Assembly (NCBI GenBank): GCA_963726745.1
Contig: CAVSDR010000003.1
Coordinates: forward strand, 160,001 to 224,000
Source: an uncultured Verrucomicrobiae bacterium
Lineage (GTDB): Bacteria > Verrucomicrobiota > Verrucomicrobiia > Chthoniobacterales > UBA10450
DNA: 64,000 nucleotides
Direction of reading: 5' to 3'
Shown here: positions 28,667 to 36,666 of the stretch, in pieces
How positions within the stretch are numbered: position 1 is the first letter of the stretch
Layout of the letters: each line of letters opens with the position of its first letter
Notes under the pieces: generated by a model
Told to the model about the DNA's origin: nothing
Databases searched by the model: none
The model's input: only the letters and a program-made list of their open reading frames with translations
Made by a program: the position numbers and the translations under genes

Positions 28667-29008
28667 ATGAGCACGATCATCGACACCATCGAAAAAGAGC
28701 AGGAGAAGAGCGAAGTCACCAACTTCAAGGTGGGCGACGGCGTGAAGGTGCACACGAAGGTGAAGGAAGGCGACAAAGAGCGCATCCAGATTTTCGCCGG
28801 GATCGTGATTGGTCGGAAAGGCCGCGGGATCAACGAAACCTTCACCGTCCGCCGCATCTCCTACGGCGAAGGCGTCGAGCGCGTGTTTCCCTTGCACTCG
28901 CCGCGCATCTCGAAGGTGGAAGTGGAAAAAGCCGGCAAAGCGCGCCGCGCAAAGCTGAATTACCTGCGCGACCGCAAGGGCAAGGAAGCGACCGCGGTTC
29001 GGGAGTAA
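28667..29008 (+). CDS. rplS: 50S ribosomal protein L19
   Basis: [41 protein letters not shown]. Confidence 0.98.
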   Translation: MSTIIDTIEKEQEKSEVTNFKVGDGVKVHTKVKEGDKERIQIFAGIVIGRKGRGINETFTVRRISYGEGVERVFPLHSPRISKVEVEKAGKARRAKLNYLRDRKGKEATAVRE

Positions 29009-29112
29009 GCGCACGCTTCCTCGATCGAGCACTGCACCCGTAAGGCGGGTGTTTTGAGGCTTGTCGACACCTTTGCCCTGCCGCTAGACTGCCGCTCAGC
29101 AGGAGAGGGCAA

Positions 29113-31410
29113 ATGGTAGCAAAGTGCTGGACCGGCGAAGAAGGCCGCGGCGTGCAAGCGCAGCGCGCGGAAACAACTTTGCATGGCCCGCGCCGGTTGC
29201 GATCGCGCGGACAGAAGCCCGTCGGCCTTTGCGCGGCGCTCGGGGCCTTGCTTGCGCTCGCGCCGATCACCGCCCGCGCAGTCCTGGAAGAGTGGACCGG
29301 CTTGTCCGGAACCGGCTCGAATTTTTCGGACGACGCCAACTGGAGTGATGGCAGCGCCCCGGCGAGCAATCTTTCCTTCACCGACGTGAGATTCGGACAG
29401 GTGACCTCAGCGTTCGCCTGGCGAAACCCGAATGTGGATGGGCCCTACATGGTCCACAGTGTCGGCTTTTACTCGAACGCGCCGGAGTATGTCTTTTACG
29501 GCACGACGTTGAAGGTCGGCACCGGCGGCATCAGTAATCAATCTTCCGCTCTCAACCAGGAGTTCGTCTGCCCGGTCGACTTTAGCGGAGTCGCTAATAG
29601 CAGCGTGAGCGTGGGCAACTCGAATGGCTTCCTTCGATTCACCGGCGCGACCACGCGGCCCACGGGCACACTGACGGTCGATACCATCGGATCGGTCCGG
29701 TTCAACAGCCTGGGCGGCTCGAGTTCCAGCGGCCTGACGAAGCAGGGCATCGGCACGCTTTACTGCACGTTCTCCGGCAGTGTGGGAGGCACTTTGGCGG
29801 TGAGCGGCGGCCGGCTTGAGACTGGCACGGCTTCGGGCACGGATGTCTTTACCAGCACAGGCGCGATCTCCGTTTCCGCATCGGGCGAGTTGGTCCTGAA
29901 TCGCAACCTGACCCTGGACGGAGCCACGCTCACCGTTATCACCATTGGCAACCTGCAGATTGCTTCCGGCAAAACGCTCCGGGTGCAGAACGGCGGAAGC
30001 GTTTCGCTCACCGGCACGAACGATCGCGTATTCAGCAGTGCAAACGTCGTCGTGACCGGCCCGGGATCCTCCTTTGTCAGTTCGGGAAACACCACCTCCT
30101 TTCCCGGCAGCACGGTCAGTGTCCAGGCAGGCGCCAGTTTCTCCGGTAATCTCATCACGTTCGCAGGGACGAATCTCTCGAGCCTGACGGTGTCCGGCGC
30201 CGGCTCCACCGCCACGGCCTCGCTCTTGAGACTGAACGGGGGGAACGGCACCGCCACCTTCAACCTTGGAAGCAGCGGAAGTTTCACCGCGGTCGAGATC
30301 GGGATGGCGGCGCCGAGCGCCAATGGCTCGCTGCAGGTGCAGGGCGGAGCGTCGGTGGTTGCAGACTCGTTAGGCGTGGCGGCGACGGATGCTTCCGGCA
30401 CAGGCAGCGTGACTGTTTCCGCCACTGGCTCGCAGCTGGCCGCGACCGGCGCGATCACGATCGGCAGCGCGAACAACAGCAGCGCCATGCTGACGGTGCA
30501 GAATGGCGCGTTCCTCACCACGGGCACTTCCACGCAGATCAATGCCACCGGGACGTTGAACATTCAGGCCGGCGGCACGCTCCGCGGCGCCTCCAGCTAC
30601 ACCGGCGTGGGATCCGTCATGCTGGCGGGTAATTTGCAGCCAGGGATGCCGTCGGGGCCGGATCGGACCAGGAGCATCAGCTTTGCGCAGAGCATCGCTT
30701 TCCAATCCACCAGTCACACGACCATGGAGCTGGCCGGGACGACGGCTGGGACGGATTACGACCAGATCACCTTCAACGGCGGCGGCCTCGCGCAGGTGAC
30801 CTGGGACGGCACGCTCAACGTCGTGCCCATCCTCGGATTCATTCCGCAGAACGGCGACGTCTTCGACCTCTTCAACTTCGACCCGGCGAAGGCGTTCGGC
30901 GCGTTTGCCACGATCAATCTTCCCGCGCTCCCGTCCGGCCGCTTTTGGCGCAACAATCTCTACAGCGATGGCACTCTGCGCGTCAGCTCCGTCCCGGACA
31001 GTTACGCCGAGTGGCAGATCGCCTACGGCACCGGCGCCTTCGAGCTCGATGACGACAACGATGGCATTCCCAACGGCGTCGAGTTTCTGCTTGGGACAAA
31101 TCCGAAGTTTTCCAGTGCCTCGCCCTTGCGCGAACTTGCTCCCGTTGTCGTCGGGTTCAATCTCCAGGTCGGCATGACCTTCCAGATGCCGCAGACGCCT
31201 GCGGCCGACGCGCGCTATCGCATCGAAGGCAGCGACGACATGCGCACGTGGCGCGAGATCGCGAGCAAGGACGGCGCGGGGCCGTGGAGCGGCACGGCCA
31301 GCGTTGCCACGGCCGCGCCCGTCGCGGGCTATGTGCAGGTCACGGTCACGGAGATGCGCACCTTCTCGACCGTGCGGCGTTTCCATCGGCTGGTCGCGGC
31401 GCTCCCGTAG
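29113..31410 (+). CDS. secreted beta-helix passenger-like protein with C-terminal putative sorting domain
   Basis: Signal-like segment; FSDDANW, LTKQGIGTL, Gly/Ser/Thr-rich strands, GTDYDQI, GDVFDLF, DDDNDGIPNGVEFLLGTNP; no autotransporter barrel seen; start uncertain. Confidence 0.8.
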   Translation: MVAKCWTGEEGRGVQAQRAETTLHGPRRLRSRGQKPVGLCAALGALLALAPITARAVLEEWTGLSGTGSNFSDDANWSDGSAPASNLSFTDVRFGQVTSAFAWRNPNVDGPYMVHSVGFYSNAPEYVFYGTTLKVGTGGISNQSSALNQEFVCPVDFSGVANSSVSVGNSNGFLRFTGATTRPTGTLTVDTIGSVRFNSLGGSSSSGLTKQGIGTLYCTFSGSVGGTLAVSGGRLETGTASGTDVFTSTGAISVSASGELVLNRNLTLDGATLTVITIGNLQIASGKTLRVQNGGSVSLTGTNDRVFSSANVVVTGPGSSFVSSGNTTSFPGSTVSVQAGASFSGNLITFAGTNLSSLTVSGAGSTATASLLRLNGGNGTATFNLGSSGSFTAVEIGMAAPSANGSLQVQGGASVVADSLGVAATDASGTGSVTVSATGSQLAATGAITIGSANNSSAMLTVQNGAFLTTGTSTQINATGTLNIQAGGTLRGASSYTGVGSVMLAGNLQPGMPSGPDRTRSISFAQSIAFQSTSHTTMELAGTTAGTDYDQITFNGGGLAQVTWDGTLNVVPILGFIPQNGDVFDLFNFDPAKAFGAFATINLPALPSGRFWRNNLYSDGTLRVSSVPDSYAEWQIAYGTGAFELDDDNDGIPNGVEFLLGTNPKFSSASPLRELAPVVVGFNLQVGMTFQMPQTPAADARYRIEGSDDMRTWREIASKDGAGPWSGTASVATAAPVAGYVQVTVTEMRTFSTVRRFHRLVAALP

Positions 31411-31461
31411 GCGCGCGGTAATTTCTTCGAGCGCGTCCGCTTTTCCCGCTACACTTCCGCG

Positions 31462-32103
31462 ATGCGCCGCTGCGGGTTTCGCTATGAGAAAAAAACACGC
31501 GCGCTCGGTTTCACGGTCATCGCGGGACTCGATGAAGCGGGCCGGGGCGCGCTCGCCGGCCCGGTCGTGGCGGCGGCGGTCATTCTGCCCGAGAAATTCA
31601 AACACAAGCGGCTGAAGGATTCGAAACAACTCCTGCCGGAGCGGCGCGAGCAGATTTACCACGAGCTCGTGGGGCAGAGCGACATCGCCTGGGCGGTGGG
31701 GATGGTCGATTCGGTGGAAATCGATCGCATCAATATCCTGCGCGCGACTCATTCCGCCATGCGCGCCGCCGTGGCCGCGCTCGCCGCAACGCCCGACCAT
31801 GTCCTGATCGATGGCCTGCCCGTTTATCCTTTTCCGCTGCCGCAAACCGCGATCATCGACGGCGATTGCTACAGCCTGAGCATCGCGGCCGCGAGCGTGA
31901 TCGCGAAGGTCACGCGCGACCGGATCATGCGGGAATTTTGCGCGCGTTATCCGGAGTATTGCTTCAGCCAGCACAAGGGCTACGCAACCGAGCTGCACGT
32001 CGCCCGGCTCCAGGCGCACGGGCCGTGTCCGATTCACCGGCGGTCGTTCGAGCCGGTGGCGCAGCCGCTTTTCGCCTTCGTGAAAAGTGAAGTCGCTGTC
32101 TAA
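31462..32103 (+). CDS. rnhB: ribonuclease HII
   Basis: GLDEAGRGALAGPV, DSKQL, LIDG, SIAAASVIAKVTRD, HKGY. Confidence 0.97.
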   Translation: MRRCGFRYEKKTRALGFTVIAGLDEAGRGALAGPVVAAAVILPEKFKHKRLKDSKQLLPERREQIYHELVGQSDIAWAVGMVDSVEIDRINILRATHSAMRAAVAALAATPDHVLIDGLPVYPFPLPQTAIIDGDCYSLSIAAASVIAKVTRDRIMREFCARYPEYCFSQHKGYATELHVARLQAHGPCPIHRRSFEPVAQPLFAFVKSEVAV

Positions 32104-32228
32104 TTCTCGCGCGGGCGTCCCGCTGTAGCCCTGCACATTTTGTCGCTTGTAGCCCGCCGGGTCGCTGGACGTCGCTGGCGCTCCCCGGATGACAAAACGA
32201 GCGTGTTTTGGTATGCCTCGATCTCGCG

Positions 32229-32681
32229 ATGCGAAGAAGTCTGCCGCCTTCCTTCCGGACCTTGCTCTCGGGGTGGCGCGCGCAGCTTTTTCGCCGTGGT
32301 CCGGCGCATCTGCGCCAGGGGCGGCGCGGGGAGAAATTAGCCGCCCGCTTCCTCCGCCGCCACGGCTACAAAGTGCTGTATAAAAACTTCCGCGGCCGCA
32401 CCGGCGGCGAGATCGATCTCATTTGTCGCGACCGCGACACGCTCGTTTTTGTGGAGGTAAAAACGCGCGCGAGCGAAGACTTCGGCCGCCCAAGCGCGGC
32501 GATCCACGCGGAGCAGCGGCGGCGGATTTCGCGCGGCGCGCTCGCCTGGCTGCGCCTGCTCGACCACCCGGAGATCCTCTTCCGCTTCGATGTGGTGGAA
32601 GTGCTCCTGCCCGCCGGCGAAGCACCGCGGCTCGAGCTTCTGCGCGACGCTTTCGGCCTGGCGGAACCGTATCGCTACTGA
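32229..32681 (+). CDS. yraN: YraN family (UPF0102) endonuclease-like protein
   Basis: GRRGEKLA, GEIDLI, LVFVEVKTR, RFDVV. Confidence 0.92.
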   Translation: MRRSLPPSFRTLLSGWRAQLFRRGPAHLRQGRRGEKLAARFLRRHGYKVLYKNFRGRTGGEIDLICRDRDTLVFVEVKTRASEDFGRPSAAIHAEQRRRISRGALAWLRLLDHPEILFRFDVVEVLLPAGEAPRLELLRDAFGLAEPYRY

Positions 32682-32695
32682 GTTCGCGGCGGCGG

Positions 32696-32723
32696 TTGTG
32701 ATCGCGCACGAGGCCGTTATAAT
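32696..32723 (+). promoter_or_regulatory. sigma70-like promoter of tRNA-Arg
   Basis: TTGTGA-16 nt-TATAAT, 14 nt before the tRNA. Confidence 0.65.
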
Positions 32724-32737
32724 CCCGGCCACGAGCT

Positions 32738-32811
32738 GCGCCCGTAGCTCAATTGGATAGAGTGACAGCCTCCGAAGCTGTAGGTTGCGCGTTCGAGCCG
32801 CGCCGGGCGCA
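32738..32811 (+). tRNA. tRNA-Arg(CCG), CCA not encoded
   Basis: GCGCCCG/CGGGCGC acceptor stem, TAGCTCAATTGGATAGAG D arm, ACAGC-CTCCGAA-GCTGT anticodon arm, GTTCGAG T loop. Confidence 0.96.
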
Positions 32812-32858
32812 CTTTCCGGGGAAAGCGGGCGCTACGACGCGGCCGCGCCACCGAGGAT

Positions 32859-33188
32859 TTAGGCGAGCGCCTCGATCCGGCCTAACAAGTCCTTCTTGCT
32901 GGTCATGCCGGTGATCTGATCCATCACCTGGCCATTCTTAAAGAAGAGGAGCGTGGGAATGGCGCGCACGTTGAAACGCGCGGAGAGGCCTTGGTTATGG
33001 TCGATGTTCACCTTGGCCACCTTGATCGTGCCGGCTTTTTCCTTCGCGATCTCGTCCAGCACCGGGGCGATCATTTTGCACGGGCCGCACCATTCGGCCC
33101 AGAAGTCCACCAGCACGGGCGTGTCGCTCTTGGTTACCTGGTCGTCAAAATTGCTCTCGTCGATCGTCAGCGTGGTCGAGTTATCCAT
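32859..33188 (-). CDS. trxA: thioredoxin
   Basis: DFWAEWCGPCK, IPTLL. Confidence 0.97.
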   Translation of the reverse strand: MDNSTTLTIDESNFDDQVTKSDTPVLVDFWAEWCGPCKMIAPVLDEIAKEKAGTIKVAKVNIDHNQGLSARFNVRAIPTLLFFKNGQVMDQITGMTSKKDLLGRIEALA

Positions 33189-33190
33189 AG

Positions 33191-34129
33191 TCAGGAAACG
33201 TAGTTCCAAATCTGGATAAGCAAAGTGACCGTGGAAGCGCCGAGGATGAGCCAGCAAACGCCCAGCGGGACGGAATCGAGCCGATCGACGAAGCTCTCGT
33301 TAGGCGACAAGACGGGCGCTTTCGGCGAAGTCGTGAGCACGGGCGGCGCGTTGTGGATCGTGACCGCCGGCACCGTCTTCTGTAACGGCTGCGTCTTCGA
33401 CATTTTCACCGTCGGCTGCGGCGCGGCGCGCTCCGGCAGGATATTGATCCGCGCAGTTTCCTTCTTCGGGCCGGACTGTGTGCCGGAGCCGGGATAATTT
33501 GCCGGCGCGGCGGAAACGGAACCGGGCGCCGCGGCTGGCGGGGTGACGCGCGGGGGCGGCGGAAGCACTCGGGGGCGGGAAGGCATCGCGGGCACCGGAG
33601 CCGGCGCTGGCGTGGACGCCGCCGGCGGCGGAATCACTGGCGGCGCAGTCGGCGTGGGCACACTGGCGGGCGGCGGCGGGGGCGTGGCAGCCGCCGGCAC
33701 CGACTCGGAAGGAGGCGGAGTGACCGGCGAAGGGGGGCGGGGCGGGGGCGGCGGAACACTCGCGGCCGGAGGACGGGGAACCGCGGGAGGCGGAGGCGGC
33801 GGAGCCCCGGGCGGGCGGGCGGCAAGAGGCGCGCCCGAGGGCGGCGCTGGCGGCTTGAAGGAAGGGGGACGCACTGCGCCAGCGGCGGCGGGCGGCGGAA
33901 CCGGCGGACGGGCCATAGGCGGCGGCGCGACCGGCCGCGAGGGCGGCGGAGGCATGGGCGGCGCAGACCGCTTCGGGCCGCCGACGGTGCCGCTGGCTCC
34001 CGGAGGTTTAGGCGGCAAATTGATCTTTCGGGTGTCGCCCGAATCGTCTCCGGCAGCCCCTTTCTGGGGCAGGCGCGGCGGAAGAGTGATGCGAACAGTT
34101 TCTTTTTTCGGCTCGTTCAGATCACTCAT
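33191..34129 (-). CDS. proline-rich disordered protein with C-terminal TM anchor
   Basis: Repeated KKETxRI motifs separated by Pro-rich linkers; C-terminal hydrophobic helix; abuts trxA. Confidence 0.8.
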   Translation of the reverse strand: MSDLNEPKKETVRITLPPRLPQKGAAGDDSGDTRKINLPPKPPGASGTVGGPKRSAPPMPPPPSRPVAPPPMARPPVPPPAAAGAVRPPSFKPPAPPSGAPLAARPPGAPPPPPPAVPRPPAASVPPPPPRPPSPVTPPPSESVPAAATPPPPPASVPTPTAPPVIPPPAASTPAPAPVPAMPSRPRVLPPPPRVTPPAAAPGSVSAAPANYPGSGTQSGPKKETARINILPERAAPQPTVKMSKTQPLQKTVPAVTIHNAPPVLTTSPKAPVLSPNESFVDRLDSVPLGVCWLILGASTVTLLIQIWNYVS

Positions 34130-34233
34130 GGGCGCAGCGAATTGCGTCAGGGAACTTCTCTGAAAGGCCAACCTTTGTCACTGGTTAAATCCAAGGACTA
34201 CCAGTTTTTTCCGACCGCGCGCCGCGCCACCGT

Positions 34234-35616
34234 TCACGCGAGCAAATCATAGCCGCGGCTGCCGGTGATTCGGCGAAAGACGAACTCGCCCACGGGCGCG
34301 GGCTGCGCCAGAACCACGGTGGCATCCACGTCCGGCGCATCGGCTTCGGTGCGGGCGATGTGCGGCTGCTCGACCAGCATTTTCAACTCCTGGCCCACGC
34401 GCGCGGCGGCGAGCTCACGAGCGATCCGCTGTTGCGCGAGCATTGCGCGCCGGAAGCGGGCGTTCTTCGTTCGCGCCGGCACCTGGTCAGGCATCTTGGC
34501 CGCGCGCGAGCCTTCCTCCTGCGAATATTTGAAGATCCCCAGCCGCTCGAAGCGCACCCGCTCGATGAACTCCAGGAGGGTCTCGAATTCCTCCTCCGTC
34601 TCCCCGGGAAAACCGACGATGAAAGTCGTCCGGAGCGCGATCCCGGGAAGGCCGGCGCGCAGCGCGACGATCAAATCCTCAATGTGCTGCTTGCCGGTCT
34701 CCCGGCGCATCCGGCCGAGCATGGCTTCGTGGATGTGCTGCAGTGGCATGTCGATGTAGCGCGCGACCTTGGGGCAGGCCGCGATCGTCTCGATGAGCTC
34801 GCCGCTCCAATGCGCCGGGTGCGTGTAAAGCAGGCGCACCCAAAACTCGCCCGGCACTTCCTGGATCTCGCGGAGCAAAGTCGAGAGCGTGGTCCCGCGG
34901 GCGGAATCCACCGGCTGGCGCGGCCCGGCCTTTTCGTTCCAGGAATCCATCCCGTAATAAGTCGTGTCCTGGCTGATGAGGTTGATCTCCTTGACCCCTT
35001 CCGCGACTAACGAGCGGACTTCCGCGAGGATCGATTCCGGTGGCCGGCTGCGATGCCGCCCGCGCATCTGCGGGATCACGCAGAAACTGCACGGATGGTT
35101 GCAACCCTCGGCGATCTTGAGGTAGGCGGTGTGCGGCGGGGTGAGGCGAAAGCGCGGCGTGTCGTAGGACGGGATGTAAGTCGGCCGCGCGGTCACGAGG
35201 TTGAGCGGATCCGCCTCGTCCGCCGCGGGCGACGCTGCGAGCACGCGTTCGGCGATCTCGCCGAGTTGCGTCACCTGGTCGAGCCCGATGAAGGCGTCCA
35301 CTTCCGGCAACTGCGCGCGCAGTTCGTTGGAAAATCGCTGCGACATGCAGCCGCTCACGATCAGGCGCTGGCCGGCGCGCTTCGCCAGGCCGCGCTGCTG
35401 GTGCGCGTCGAGGATCGCGTCGATCGATTCCTCTTTCGCGGAGTCAATGAAAGCGCAGGTGTTAATCACGAGCACGTCGGCGTCCTCGGCGCTGGCGGTG
35501 ATCTCCATCCCGCGCGCGCGCACGCTCCCGAGCATGATCTCGGCATCGACTAAATTTTTCGCGCAACCGAGCGAGATCATTCCGACCTTCGGCCGCGCGG
35601 ACAGAGTCTCGATCAT
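34234..35616 (-). CDS. rimO: ribosomal protein S12 methylthiotransferase
   Basis: SLGCAKNLVDAE, NTCAFI, CNHPCSFC, LRTTFIVGFPGETEE. Confidence 0.96.
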   Translation of the reverse strand: MIETLSARPKVGMISLGCAKNLVDAEIMLGSVRARGMEITASAEDADVLVINTCAFIDSAKEESIDAILDAHQQRGLAKRAGQRLIVSGCMSQRFSNELRAQLPEVDAFIGLDQVTQLGEIAERVLAASPAADEADPLNLVTARPTYIPSYDTPRFRLTPPHTAYLKIAEGCNHPCSFCVIPQMRGRHRSRPPESILAEVRSLVAEGVKEINLISQDTTYYGMDSWNEKAGPRQPVDSARGTTLSTLLREIQEVPGEFWVRLLYTHPAHWSGELIETIAACPKVARYIDMPLQHIHEAMLGRMRRETGKQHIEDLIVALRAGLPGIALRTTFIVGFPGETEEEFETLLEFIERVRFERLGIFKYSQEEGSRAAKMPDQVPARTKNARFRRAMLAQQRIARELAAARVGQELKMLVEQPHIARTEADAPDVDATVVLAQPAPVGEFVFRRITGSRGYDLLA

Positions 35617-35618
35617 CG

Positions 35619-36647
35619 CTACTCGACCCTCACATCGGCGTCGCCGCCGCTGACGATTTTGCCGTTCTTGCGGATGACCAGGTCGGCGCGATCGAGCGAT
35701 TTTACCGCGATGCTTTTGCCGCGGAGTTGCAGCGGTGTGTTCACGTCGACCCAGCGCTGGAACGAGGAGCGGCCGCGGTCGGTGTCGAGCGTGACACGCA
35801 CAAAAGTTTTCTTGAGCGGACGGATGTCGAAGATCTTGGCCGCGGGCGTGGGGGAAATAGACGGCGAGATGGCGGCTACAGGCGCCGCGGTCGGCATCGG
35901 GGCGACCGTCGCGGTCGGCGAAGGCGTTGGTGCCGGAGTGGAAGCGGCTACCGGCGGCGGCGTGGCCTTGTTGACCTCATCCGCGCGCACCGGCTCGGCG
36001 CGGCGCACCTCCGGTTCGCCCTCGGTAAGCGGGAGCGCGGCGATGGGAGTTTGTTCGGGAGTGGCCGAGGCGCTCGGGAGAGGAATGGGCGTCGCCACCG
36101 CGAGCGCGGCCCGCGCCGGGGCCGGCGTCGGATCCACCGGCAAGGCTTTGGGCGCGACGATCGTCTCCGAGGCCGCCGGCGTGGGGCTGGCGCTGGAGGC
36201 CGCAAGCGCCTGCGCATCGCGCTCGCTCGGCTTCAGCCTCCGCAAATCCATCATGAATTTGAGCAGCAAAAATCCGCCTACGAGCACGACCACGCCGATG
36301 ACCAGCGGCGTGAGCGAAGAGCGATTGCCGGAGCGCGGCTCGCGCCGGACGACCTCGGTGCGGCGCGGCGCCGGCACAGGGTTGTCCTGCAAATAAGAAT
36401 AGCCATCGACGGTCATCGTCTCTGGCGCTTCGAAGGCCTCGAGATACGGCGTGACGTCGACGTTGAGAAACTTCCCATAGATCACGAGGAAGCCCTTGGC
36501 ATAGGCCAGGCTGGGAAAGTGCGAGAAATCTTCCGCTTCGAGCTCGGCCAGTTTCGCGGGACGGATCTTCGTCATCCGCGCGGCTTCCTCGAGCGTGAGA
36601 TTGCGCGCCTGCCGCGCTTTTTGAAACTTATCGCCTAGACCTTCCAT
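35619..36647 (-). CDS. rodZ: RodZ-like HTH membrane protein
   Basis: N-terminal HTH (AYAKGFLVIYGKFL), one TM, Pro/Ala linker; ftsK-rodZ-rimO order. Confidence 0.75.
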   Translation of the reverse strand: MEGLGDKFQKARQARNLTLEEAARMTKIRPAKLAELEAEDFSHFPSLAYAKGFLVIYGKFLNVDVTPYLEAFEAPETMTVDGYSYLQDNPVPAPRRTEVVRREPRSGNRSSLTPLVIGVVVLVGGFLLLKFMMDLRRLKPSERDAQALAASSASPTPAASETIVAPKALPVDPTPAPARAALAVATPIPLPSASATPEQTPIAALPLTEGEPEVRRAEPVRADEVNKATPPPVAASTPAPTPSPTATVAPMPTAAPVAAISPSISPTPAAKIFDIRPLKKTFVRVTLDTDRGRSSFQRWVDVNTPLQLRGKSIAVKSLDRADLVIRKNGKIVSGGDADVRVE

Positions 36648-36666
36648 GGAGGGATGCCCGGCGTTG

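Noticed and set aside
32738..32860. tRNA-Arg as an integration site for an island
   Set aside because: No integrase, no duplicated tRNA 3' end seen, and housekeeping genes flank both sides.
33543..34163. Gly-rich ORFs on the plus strand (also 35659-36396)
   Set aside because: Reverse-complement images of Pro-rich genes on the minus strand.
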